Source of the DNA: Torpedo marmorata
Taxonomy: Eukaryota
Length of the DNA stretch: 64,000 nucleotides
Assembly: GCA_977017645.1 (NCBI GenBank)
Contig: OZ360231.1
Coordinates: 78,120,001-78,184,000 of the forward strand
Reading direction: 5' to 3'
Positions 9,469 through 19,669 of this stretch are shown in pieces. The notes under the pieces were generated by a model. The model did no database searches, had not been told where the DNA came from, and worked only from the letters and a program-made list of their open reading frames with translations. A program made the position numbers and the translations under genes. Numbering within the stretch: the first letter of the stretch is position 1; every line of letters begins with the position of its first letter.

Positions 9469-12111
9469 ATGGCCGCAGCAGCCACTGATACAGCAGCTAC
9501 TGATTTATCAGCAGCTGACGCAGCAACCGCTGATGTTGCTGTTGAGGACCAACGTATTGAAGACATGAAGGTTGCGGATATTAAAGAAGAATTGAAGCGA
9601 CTGAATAAGGACATAAGTGGAAATAAAAAGGTTCTTATTGAAAGATTGAAGCTGGCAAAGGATGAAGAGGCAGCTTCATTAGTTGAACAAGAAGATAACT
9701 TGGAAATGGCTGAAATTGTGTCAACAAATGATGAACAATTTGAATTGGATAAAGAGGTAAGTATGAAGACAACATATGAACTGCAGGACGAAATACAAGC
9801 AAGTGACAGTGTCTCAAATGCTGAAAGCAGGAGAAGCAAAAGAAGTTCTGGTTCGAGCTCCAGAGTTTCTCGTACTTCAAGTTCTGCATCGTCACGTACA
9901 AGGATTGATGTTAAATTGGCCGCTCTTATTGCACAACAAAAAACGCTTAAGGATAAATATATTTTGGAAGAAGAGGAGGAGCAGCTAAGACAAAAGGAGG
10001 AGCAGCTAAAGGAGCAGCTAAGACAAAAGGAGGAGCAGCTAAAGGAGCAGCTAAGACAAAAGGAGGAGCAGCTAAAGGAGCAGCTAAGACAAAAGGAGGA
10101 GCAGCTAAAGGAGCAGCTAAGACAAGAGGAGGAGCAGCTAAGACAAAATGAGAAACAGCTAAAGGAGCAGCTAAGACAAGAGGAGGAGCAGCTAAGACAA
10201 AATGAGAAACAGCTAAAGGAGCAGCTAAGACAAGAGGAGGAGCAGCTAAGACAAAATGAGAAACAGCTAAAGGAGCAGCTAAGACAAGAGGAGGAGCAGC
10301 TAAGACAAAATGAGAAACAGCTAAAGGAGCAGCTAAGACAAGAGAAGGAGCAGCTAAGGAAGAGAAAAGAACAGCAGGAGCTGGAAGCAAACATTGCTAT
10401 TGCCAAGGCAGAAAAGAAAGCAATAGAAGGCTCAATGGTATCTGGTGCTAGCAGTAAATCATCTAAATTGTCTGATAATAAAAGGTCATATTTAAAAAAG
10501 GAGTCACAGGAAAAGAAACCAACCAAAAGGATAGATATTTTAGAACCAAGGATACAAAACTTACATATACAAGGACAAACCTTTCACGAGCATATTGGTA
10601 TCGAGTCACATGTACCATTAGTAACATCTGAAAGCAAAGCTGCGGCTTGGGTCCGGTCGAACGAAGTAAATTCTTTGTTATATGAGCCAAGCATCAGAAA
10701 TATGGAAGAAACTACACCAGTAAGGTTTCCAGATACATTGCATACAACACGAGACAGTGAACAGAGTAATGTATTGAAATCCAAGGAAAGACAAAATGAA
10801 ATTGCTGCGTCATTGTTTCAGTTACAGTCTCTCTCTTCTTTACCCAAGAAAGAGATACAAACTTTTGATGGTGATCCACTTCAATATCAATCGTTTATGA
10901 GATCTTTCAAACGCAATATTGAAGATAAATGCCAAGATCGTGATGAATGTCTTTATTATTTGGAAATGTTTACAAAGGGACATCCAAAAGAACTGGTTAA
11001 AAGTTGTAACCAAATGTCTTCAGGAAGAGGATTAGACAAAGCTAAGGCTTTATTGGAACAATATTTTGGCAACAAACATCGAATTGCTTTAGCTTATATG
11101 GATAAAGCTCTTAAATGGACATCAATAAAACAAAATGATGTAAAGGCTTTGCAAGAATATACTTTGTTTTTAAGAGGATGTTGTAATGCTATGGAAGAAA
11201 TCGATGGTATTCGTGAGCTTGATGTGCATAGTAATATGCGAATCATTTTAGAAAAATTACCTTACAAGGTATGGGATAGATGGAGAAATTTGGCTTGTGA
11301 TTTACAAGTAAATTATGGTCGAAGAATTACTTTAAAGGATTTGGTAAATTTTCTTGAACGACAAGTGTATGTTGAAACAGATCCACTATATGGAAATACC
11401 AGAGATAATTCAATGAGCAAAGATGTAAGAAAGTCTAATACACAGTTTAGTCCGAAAGTGAAAAGGAGTACTTTTGCTACTAATGTGCAAGTTATAAGTA
11501 AAGAAAAGGACAAAATAAATAAGGAAAAGGAAAGTTTGCCTAATGAAAAGAGTTGTTTGTTCTGTAAAGGTGGACATGCTTTGGAAATGTGTTTACAATT
11601 GGAAAAGAAGGAACATAAGGAAAAGATCGCTTTCTTAAAGGAAAATGGAATATGTTTTAGCTGTCTGTGTAAAGGGCACATCAGTAAAAACTGCGAGAAG
11701 CGAATGAATTGTAATATATGCAATTTGAAACATTCTAGAATTTTGCATGTCCATAACAGAAACAAGGAATTGGAAAAGGAGCAAACAGAAACAAAGGAAA
11801 CAACAGAAAATAATGTTATAACCTCGGTTCAGACAAGTGGTCTTACTGGGGCCGGGGTGAATAACTGCAAACTTTCAATAGTGCCTGTACAAGTTAAGGC
11901 CAAGAAAGGGGATGCAATAGTAAAAACATATGCATTTCTAGACCCAGGTAGCACTGCATCTTTTTGCACGGAAGGACTAATGAATAAACTTAATATTCAA
12001 GGAAGAAAATCAAGAATTATGTTAAAAACCATGGGACAAGAAAAGGTTGTTGAAACTAACATTGTTTCAGGCTTAGAGGTTGCTGGATTGGATGACAAAA
12101 AAATTTTGTGA
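9469..12111 (+). CDS. BEL/Pao gag-protease polyprotein with N-terminal SAP-like motif and coiled-coil repeats
   Basis: Open frame from an ATG in good context (aaaATGg). Contains LPKKEIQTFDGDPLQY (Pao gag), three Cys/His knuckles (CLFCKGGH..C, CFSCLCKGH..C, CNICNLKH..H) and protease YAFLDPGSTASF. Confidence 0.88.
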   Translation: MAAAATDTAATDLSAADAATADVAVEDQRIEDMKVADIKEELKRLNKDISGNKKVLIERLKLAKDEEAASLVEQEDNLEMAEIVSTNDEQFELDKEVSMKTTYELQDEIQASDSVSNAESRRSKRSSGSSSRVSRTSSSASSRTRIDVKLAALIAQQKTLKDKYILEEEEEQLRQKEEQLKEQLRQKEEQLKEQLRQKEEQLKEQLRQKEEQLKEQLRQEEEQLRQNEKQLKEQLRQEEEQLRQNEKQLKEQLRQEEEQLRQNEKQLKEQLRQEEEQLRQNEKQLKEQLRQEKEQLRKRKEQQELEANIAIAKAEKKAIEGSMVSGASSKSSKLSDNKRSYLKKESQEKKPTKRIDILEPRIQNLHIQGQTFHEHIGIESHVPLVTSESKAAAWVRSNEVNSLLYEPSIRNMEETTPVRFPDTLHTTRDSEQSNVLKSKERQNEIAASLFQLQSLSSLPKKEIQTFDGDPLQYQSFMRSFKRNIEDKCQDRDECLYYLEMFTKGHPKELVKSCNQMSSGRGLDKAKALLEQYFGNKHRIALAYMDKALKWTSIKQNDVKALQEYTLFLRGCCNAMEEIDGIRELDVHSNMRIILEKLPYKVWDRWRNLACDLQVNYGRRITLKDLVNFLERQVYVETDPLYGNTRDNSMSKDVRKSNTQFSPKVKRSTFATNVQVISKEKDKINKEKESLPNEKSCLFCKGGHALEMCLQLEKKEHKEKIAFLKENGICFSCLCKGHISKNCEKRMNCNICNLKHSRILHVHNRNKELEKEQTETKETTENNVITSVQTSGLTGAGVNNCKLSIVPVQVKAKKGDAIVKTYAFLDPGSTASFCTEGLMNKLNIQGRKSRIMLKTMGQEKVVETNIVSGLEVAGLDDKKIL
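9975..10360 (+). repeat. Coding tandem repeats, 4 x 33 bp then 4 x 54 bp
   Basis: Encode (KEEQLKEQLRQ)x4 then (EEEQLRQNEKQLKEQLRQ)x4. Confidence 0.9.
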
Positions 12112-13375
12112 TCTTCCAAGTGTATATACTCAGAAGACTATGCCTGTGAACGAAGGAAATATTCCTCATCAAAGTGATATCCATCATTTAGCTTATCTGT
12201 GGAAGGTTTATTTACCTGAAATTAATTCTGAAATAGAAATGCTGATTGGTTCAGATGTGCCAAAGGTTTTGGTACCAAAAGAAGTAATAGAAAGTAAAAG
12301 GAATGGACCTTACGCTATCAGAACCATACTTGGTTGGGCAATCAATGGACCAATGGAAAGAAATAATGATATTGCTCAGGAACAGGTAGCGATAAATGTT
12401 AATAAAATTTCAGTTGAGAAATTTGAAGAGTTAAGAGAAGAGCAAAAAACCGTGAATAAGAAAATCACTTATGAAGAAAAGAAAACAGATCAATGTGAAA
12501 ATAAATCAATGGTATTTAAAACAACATTGAAGGAATTAATTTCGTCAGAAATGGATGAAAGTGAAGTATTAGAAGATGTTGCAAATAATACTATTGATCA
12601 TTCATGTGTAATTGAATCAAATACAGGAATAAAACAAGTGACTGAAAACAAATCTGAATGTAGATTTTGTAGTTCAGAGATTACAACAGACAAAGTTAAT
12701 GAAGAATTATTGCAATGTGATGTAAAACTGGAGAACACAGAAAATTGTGCTGATGGAATAGAGAATAATGTTAATGATAATTTAATGCAATTGAATTCAG
12801 AGAACAAAATGTTGAAAGGAGAATTGGAAATATTAGATAATCAAGAAAACAGTAAACAAAAAGATTTAATTGTAAGTAAAACTCGCAAAGTCAGAAAGCG
12901 GAAGAAAAGAATAACTGCTGATGAAATGAATACAGTTATTGAGGAAAGAGATTCAGCATTATCAAAATGTAAAAGGTTGGAGGAAGAGATTAATGTTTTG
13001 AAAGAGATCAAGTTATTGGTTAATAACACAAAACAGTTAAATTTTAAAACCAATCAAGAATGTAAATTGAATGTTCAACAATTAACAATGCAGAAAGAAT
13101 GTGAAATTGCATTGCAGAAATGTATCAAGCAAGACGAAGAAATTAAAAAATTTCAAGTATGCCGCAACAGGATTGACAATGGAACTATCAATGTATCGCA
13201 TGATATTTTGACTTCAGATTTGGAATCACAATCCTCGTGTACCTACCAAAAGGGAAAGTCACCAGAGAAGAAAAGCAGGCTAAGCATTCGTAAGCTTAAA
13301 CAGTCATTGTCTCTCTCTCCAACGTTCATTATGAAGTCCTTCGTGCCAGCACACAGAGCTGAATTTGGACCCTGA
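12104..13375 (+). CDS. Frameshifted continuation of BEL polyprotein: post-protease region, MIPOL1-like coiled coil, Gypsy-LTR-derived tail
   Basis: IEMLIGSDVP...GPYAIRTILGWAINGP is typical BEL sequence. No RT follows. 12863-13159 resembles vertebrate MIPOL1 and 13217-13375 is Gypsy LTR sequence. Confidence 0.7.
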   Translation, partial: FCDLPSVYTQKTMPVNEGNIPHQSDIHHLAYLWKVYLPEINSEIEMLIGSDVPKVLVPKEVIESKRNGPYAIRTILGWAINGPMERNNDIAQEQVAINVNKISVEKFEELREEQKTVNKKITYEEKKTDQCENKSMVFKTTLKELISSEMDESEVLEDVANNTIDHSCVIESNTGIKQVTENKSECRFCSSEITTDKVNEELLQCDVKLENTENCADGIENNVNDNLMQLNSENKMLKGELEILDNQENSKQKDLIVSKTRKVRKRKKRITADEMNTVIEERDSALSKCKRLEEEINVLKEIKLLVNNTKQLNFKTNQECKLNVQQLTMQKECEIALQKCIKQDEEIKKFQVCRNRIDNGTINVSHDILTSDLESQSSCTYQKGKSPEKKSRLSIRKLKQSLSLSPTFIMKSFVPAHRAEFGP

Positions 13376-13446
13376 ACATAGAAAGTGATTTTTATGGACT
13401 GTATTTTTGGGACTGACGTATTTTTATGACTGACCTGGGGTTTTGG
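13217..13446 (+). mobile_element. Gmr1-like 3' LTR, resumed internal part
   Basis: Matches 3993-~4223 of the 5' LTR (gatttggaatc...ctgacctgggg). Confidence 0.88.
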
Positions 13447-13449
13447 TAT

Positions 13450-14712
13450 GGTATGGAAAAATGTCAGCAGGCGTCCGAACAAAAAGGTAAGGGCGGGAGG
13501 GGTGGGGAGAGGAGCATGGTCCCAAAGGCAGGAGGTAATAGGTGGAGAAGGGAGTGTGGGCACAGCAGCGAGCAGGGGGAGGAGGGATGGCTAGGTGAAA
13601 TGAGAGGGAAGGGGGTGGAGAGCTGAGGGAAAGAAGACAGGGGGAAGGGAAGAGAGTGAGAAAGGAGAGTAGGTTAGCAGAAACTGGAGGTTGATGTTAA
13701 TGCCATCCGGCTGGAGAGTGCCCAGACAGAAAATTTGGGACGGTACGGGTAGTGGTTAGCGCAACGCCTTTACAGCGTCAGTGATCGGGACCTGGGTTCG
13801 AATCCCACGCTGTCTGTAAGAAGTTTGTACATTCTCCCCGTGTCTGCATGGGTTTTCCCCGGGGGCTTCGGTTTCCTCCCACCATTTGAAACGTACCGGG
13901 GGTTGAAGGTTAATTGGGTGTAATTGGGCAGCACAGACTCGTGGGGCAAAATGGCATGTTACCGTGCTGTATGTCTAAATTTTTTTTAATGTATTTTTAA
14001 AAATCAGGTGTTGTTCCTCCAATTTACGGGTGGTCTTGGTGGGATAGTACATAAGGCCATGGACAGACATGTGAGTATGGGAGTGGGACGCAGAACTGAA
14101 ATGGTTGGCTACTGGGAGGTCCCTGTCACTGGTGTGGACAGAGCAAAGATGCTCAGCGAAGAAATCTCCCAGTCTCTCCGATGTAGAGAAGGCCACCAAG
14201 GGAGAACCGGATGCAGTAAATAAATCCTACGGATACACAAGTGAAGTGTTGCTTCACTTGAAAGGCCTGTTTGGGGCCCCGAAAGGTGGTGAGGGAGGAG
14301 GTGTGGGTGCAAGTGTGGCACCTCCTGTGGCCACAGGGGAAGGTGCCAAGGGGGCGATTGGTGGGGAGGGATGAATGCACGAGGGAGTCACGGAGGGTGC
14401 GTTCCCTACAGAAGGCAGAGAGAGGAGTAGAGGGGAAGATGTGTCTGCTAGTGGGATCCTGTTGTAAGTGCCGGAAATTCCGGCGGATAATGTGTTGGAT
14501 GCGGAGGCTGGTGGGGTGGTAGGTGAGGATAAGGGGGATTCTGTGTTTGTTGCATCTGGGGGCAGAGGGGGCCAGGTCAGATGAGTGGGAAATGGAGGAG
14601 ATGCGGGTGAGGGCTGAGTTGATGGTGGTGGAGGGGAAGCCACCTTTGTGGAAGAAGACAGATATTTCAGACGATCTGGACTGGAAGACCTCATCTTGGG
14701 AACAGATGCGGC
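13450..14712 (-). mobile_element. Penelope-like element 3' portion (GIY-YIG), interrupted by a V-SINE
   Basis: FIYCIRFSLGGLLYIGETGR, RLGDFFAEHL and TRKLEEQHLIF. Homologous to 28870-29840. Confidence 0.88.
13736..14000 (+). mobile_element. V-SINE inserted in Penelope
   Basis: Same head, V-domain and tail as 3213-3474. Confidence 0.85.
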
Positions 14713-14814
14713 TTTGTTTTGCATGCTATCCAGGCAAGTCAACCTATACTTAATAACATGAAAGTACAGGGTGTAGTGTGAAAGTGAGTCGAAAAGTGTA
14801 GGATATAGTGTTCC

Positions 14815-15500
14815 AGGGTAAAGGTTTAAGATTCCTTTATTGTCATGCAATAATACAGAAAATATATTACATGAAATTTCCTTCTGCCTGCCGTAAGGCA
14901 GACATGGAGTCACCATTAGTATTGCCCGGTATCCCTTACAGTAAGAGAGAAAGAGTAGCAAAAGAGAGTCCCTTCAGAGAAATTGTGTTCGTGGATTCGC
15001 CTCCAGCGCTCCTGCAGCCTCTGCAACCGCACAGACCCCTGATCGATCCATCGGCAACCCAAGCTCCAGTTCCAAACCTCCAAGACAATCAGGAAGCCAT
15101 CAGCACCAGAAGCCCTACGGGAGCCTTCAGCACCTTCACAAATCCCGGTTCCGTGAGTCCCTCGACTGCAAGTCACTGACCGCCTGCAGCCTGTGTGAGT
15201 CCTTCAGCCGCTGAACCGCTCGCTGGACTAATGCCGTGGTCACCGTCCTGTAGGGTCATCTCCTCTGCATATCCTTCTCAACGGAGGGTGTTCTCCCCGT
15301 TTCTGGTGCCCTGCGCCAGACCGCTGCTCCCCCGAAGTCTGCAACCCCTCGTGGCTGCTGCCAAGCATAGGCAATGCCATCTTGGGACAGACCCCGAGGT
15401 TGCAAGATTTTAATTAAAAAACACCGTCGGCTTCTTTAAGAGGCTGTTTGAAGTCTATACGGAACCACCGGCATTAGAACTGGACAGTTGGACGCTGCAG
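14815..15500 (-). mobile_element. Unclassified interspersed repeat with a LINE/SINE-like 3' tail
   Basis: Related sequence at 26140-26570 + 29945-30110 (+), about 56125-56195 + 56991-57030, and 60675-60810. Ends tgacaataaaggaa on its sense strand. Confidence 0.55.
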
Positions 15501-15539
15501 AGAAAAGTACAGTTAAAATAGCGCAAGGGCATCATCTTT

Positions 15540-15780
15540 TACCAATGAGAGGTCCATTTAAGAATTTTATAACAGGAGGAAAGAAACTGTCCTTGAATCT
15601 GAAGGTTTGTGCTTTCCAGCTCACGTGCCTTCTGCCTGACAGAAAGAGAGAAAAGAAAATGGGACCAGGGTGGGACCACAGGATTAATATATTGGCAGCT
15701 TTCCTGGGGATGTGGGAGGTATAGACAGAATCAATGAAGGGGAGATTGGTTTGCTTGATGGCCTGAGCTGCTTTTATGAT
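15540..15780 (-). mobile_element. Rex1/Babar LINE fragment
   Basis: IDSVYTSH..RKAANI..HPG..FSLFLSGRR...RFKDSFFPPVIKFLN. Confidence 0.7.
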
Positions 15781-15854
15781 TGTTAAGGATAAATATGGGC
15801 CAAATGACCACCAACTGTACCAAGTTTTTGATTCTAAAAAAGATGAAGAAAAGC

Positions 15855-16232
15855 CTACCAGCCGTCTCTGGACATACAATAAATTATGAGAGGAACAGAT
15901 CGGGTGGACGCAGTGAGTCTTTTGCCCAGAGTAGTGGAATCGGTAACCAGAGGACATATGTTTAAGGTGCAAGGAGAGAGATTTAACAGGAACCTGAGGG
16001 GTAACTTTTTTTTTCTCAGAGGGTGGTGGGTGTATGGAATGAGCTGCCAGGGGTGGTGGTCGAGGCAGGTACTATTGGAACGTTTAAGAAAGAATTGGAC
16101 AGATGCATGGATTGGATAGATTTAGCGGGATATGGGTTAAATACAGGCAGGTGGGACTAGCGTGGGTGGGGCATTTTAGTAGGCATGGGTAAGTTGGGCC
16201 GAAGGGCCTGTTTCCACACTCTATGACTCTAT
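15855..16232 (+). mobile_element. CR1 LINE 3' end
   Basis: MRGTDRVDAVSLLPRVVESVTRGHMFKVQGERFNRNLRGNFF, with tail gggccgaagggcctgtttccacactctatgactctat. Confidence 0.85.
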
Positions 16233-16644
16233 AGCTGCAATGACTTCCTGATGAAGGGTAGCTTGTGGCTCCAGTGAATGATCCCAGCAGCGTCCTCTCA
16301 GTTGACATTGGTTTGGATCAGGCATGTCACCTTCTTTCCAAGTAATCTTTTTGTTTCTTTAATTAGCTTAACTGGCAAACAATAAAGTACTTCCTATCAA
16401 CCGTGAGGCACAGTGTAGATTTTTAATTGTCATGAAAGGTATGTAGCTGAAATTGCTGTTGACTTTAAAAGATTAGAGCAACATGTGATTTTTCATTTAC
16501 CCGCTCATTAAACACCATTATACTAATCCTCCAGTGATAATCAATTGAAATGCTCTCCAACCCCTTTGTTTCTCTGACCCTGCAGAAGTCACCGTGAGGG
16601 TGCTGAATACGGGAATTTATGCACCAACTTTATTATTTTTATTT

Positions 16645-16906
16645 TTAGTTAATTTTTAATTTAGACATACAGCACAGTAACAGGCCATTTTGGCCCACGA
16701 GCCCATGCCGCCCAATTACACCCAATTGACCTACAACCCCCGGTACGTTTTGAACAGTGGGTGGAAACCGGAGCCCCCGGAGGAAACCCACGCTGACACA
16801 GGGAGAACGTACAAACTCCTTACAGACAGCGCAGGATTCAAACCCCGGTCCTAATCGCTGGCGCTGTAACAGCACTGCACTAAGTGCTACGCTAACCGTG
16901 CCGCCC
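16645..16906 (-). mobile_element. V-SINE
   Basis: Reverse complement of the 3213-3474 family. Confidence 0.85.
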
Positions 16907-17039
16907 GTGGGTGGGTCCAGAGTCTAATCACACTTCACTTGCGTTAGACCGAGCAATCTTCTCATTCTAGCTCCCAATATCAGATGAAGGACTGCATCAA
17001 ACTGTAAGATTAGATTACTGAGAGACAGGAAAATGTTTT

Positions 17040-17432
17040 CATCAGTCGTAGTCTGAACCACAAGGTTCAGAGGTCTTCTAAGATTGAGATGTATAAACCA
17101 GACTGACATTGCAGTGCAGTGTTGAGGGAGTTTGCGCAATCTGAGATCCCCCTCCTCGGCAATGCTGCGCAGTCGGGGGTACTTTTCTTTGTTGTTGTAG
17201 TGATGAGGGAGTCCTTTGCAGTCAGGAGCTGACGGAGCACCGTGCTAGGCTATCAGAATGCCTTATTCCCAGGCAGCATTGAGAGAGTGCAGCACTATCA
17301 GAGATACCATTCTCATGCAATGCTGATGGAGTGCAGCCCTGTCTCAAGTACCATTCCAGAGCAGACCTGAGGGAGTTCTGCACTGTCTGAGGTACCATCA
17401 GCAGTGGTGAGGGAGTGCCGCACTGAGGTACA
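17040..17432 (+). repeat. Degenerate Deu-SINE (SacSINE1/AmnSINE1-like) with a repeated core motif
   Basis: Several degenerate copies of a cagtgcagt..tgagggagtgc.gcactg.gagg motif. Confidence 0.5.
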
Positions 17433-18399
17433 GAACGTGTGGGAGTGAGAAAGTAAGTACAGAGTAAGTAAAGACAAGATGGAAACAGTAGAATCAGATG
17501 GGGGTAGGAGTTACATAAAATTAGAAAAATCAATGTCCATCAGGTTTAAGGGTGTCAGGAGAAATAGGATGTGTTTACATTTAGCCTCACCTGGACAATG
17601 GATGAAGCCAAGGGCGGACATGTTGTTGTAGGAATAGTTGGGGGAGTTAAAGTGGACACTTAAGTTTAGACCCATAAACAACCTTTAGGTAGTACAATAG
17701 GTAGTGCAAGAATAAAATGCAATAAAGCAAAAGTACAGGGTACATATACTGAATGAAAGAAGAGGATATGTGCTGGGTACAGCTTGCAAAAAAGTCACCA
17801 GTCTGCCCTTTTTTTGCAAGATTCTTGACAGCAAGTGCCTTGTTGATCTTGACAGCATCAAGGGGTAGAGGCAGGTAGTGGCAACTTGAGGCTCACAACC
17901 CCATCAGTCTGGTACAGAAAGTATCTCTCAGCAGAAATGTGCTCTGAGTTCAGGATACCTGCTGAAAAGTCCGGTTCAGTGAAATGGGAGTCCCACCAGC
18001 AAGGGAGCCAAATCCCATTGAAATGTTTCACTTCAATAACTCAGCCAAACCAATTAATTTAGTATAATACAAGTTAATTATATCAACAGCATTAATTGCA
18101 ATGTAGATTTCTTATAACATTGAACTGGTTCCCCCATCATCAGCTTCCACAAAGGATGCAGGAAAGGAGACATCAGGGATACACATGAAGTCTTGGAAGA
18201 TGGCAGGATGAATTGATAAGACAGTTAAGAAAATTCCGTAAAATATCCTGTAGAGATCTGTATAAAAGCCTGTACATTGTACTTATACATATATGAATAA
18301 ACTCTCACTAAATTATTAGAGGTATGGAAACTATATCAAGCCTCTACAAAACATTGATCAGGGAACGGCTGGGTCGATGGAACATGGCACTGCATTTTA

Positions 18400-19465
18400 G
18401 GTAAAAACACAATGCTGGAGTGTTATGGACCATGGACTGACCTTTTGGACTGGCATTATAAAAGATGGAATTCTGCTAAGAACTCTGTGCGACTTGTGCT
18501 GACTCGCCAAGGTCGAGCTGTGCAGACAGAGAGACAATGGAACAGCAGTTGGAGCGGTAGAATGGCAGTTGGAACGGCAGTTGGAGCAGAAGAACGGCAG
18601 TTGGAACGGCAGTTTGGAGCAAAAGTTGGAGCAGCAGAACGGCAGTTGGAGCGGTGAACGGCAGTTGGAGCAGAAGAACGGCAGTTGGAGCGGAAGAGGG
18701 CAGCTGGAGAGCTGTGTGAAATGCGTAAGCTTACTGCAATGCAACATCAGTCATTTCTCTCTCCAACGTTCAATACGACGTCCTTTGTTATCAGTTAAAG
18801 AACTGAACTTGGACATTGAACTTTGAGATTGAATTTTGTGGACTGTGTTTTTTGGACTGACTTACTTGACTGACTGACCTGGGGTTTTGGGGATTTTTTC
18901 CTTTTTGAATATTGGGCACAGACTGTAATGGTCTGGGTTTTTCACATGCACTCTGTTTATAAATATATGATATCTGTATATTTGCTATAGATACTTATAG
19001 TGGGGTTAATTGTGTTAAAACATTATATTGTTAATAGTCATTAATAAATATAGAGTTAAAATTTAACCCTTTTGAATTGCGTCTTCTGTTGTTGCTGGTT
19101 TGAGTTGTAACATGGAGAAACTCAGCAGGTCAAACAGTGTACTTTATATAGCAAAGATAAAGATACATAACCAACGTTTCAGGCTTGAGCCCTTCATCAA
19201 AGTATGGAAAAATGTCGACAGGCGCCAAAACAAAATGCTAACAGGGAGGGGTAGGAGGAGGAACACGGTTCCAAAGGCAGGAGGTAATAGGTGGATAAGG
19301 GAGGGTGTGCACACCAGCAAACAGGGGGAGGAGGGATGCCTCTGTGAATAGAGAGACTGGAGGAAAGAAGACAAAGGGAAAGGGAATGGAGGGAGAATGG
19401 AGAGTAGGCTAGCAGAAACCGGAGAAGTTGATATTAATGCCATCCGGTTGGAGAGTGCTCAGGTG
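18400..19465 (-). mobile_element. Penelope-like 3' terminus, split by a solo LTR
   Basis: gtaaaaacacaatgctggag|...|tggagaaactcagcaggtcaaacag matches the other Penelope ends. Confidence 0.8.
18421..19112 (+). mobile_element. Solo LTR of a related Gmr1-like family, inserted in a Penelope terminus
   Basis: TGTTATGGACC...TGTAACA termini, flanking TGGAG duplication, similarity to 3610-4487 at both ends, and internal gaacggcagttggagc repeats. Confidence 0.85.
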
Positions 19466-19669
19466 GCCATTTTAGGAAATAGGTAAAAGGTCGTAGCAAG
19501 TGGGGGTGGGGGGGGGTGTGTGAGGCACTAGAGAGAGGTTTATGTAGTAAGTCACAACCTACAGAGCTCCTGAAAATTGTATTAAAGTATTATTTAACAG
19601 CAATCTAGGCAGTATCCTACCTTTAGATTATATTTGGCAACAATTTGAAGTAACAGGGTGGATTTTGAA

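Noticed and set aside
9363-10526. 387-aa antisense ORF rich in Ser and Cys
   Set aside because: Shadow of the repetitive BEL gag on the opposite strand, with no independent motif.
12097-12107. AAAAAAATTTT as a programmed -1 frameshift
   Set aside because: The downstream ORF is in the +1 frame and BEL elements normally have one ORF, so a 1-bp insertion is simpler.
18535-18705. CRISPR-like short repeats
   Set aside because: No unique spacers. It is a degenerate minisatellite inside a vertebrate LTR.
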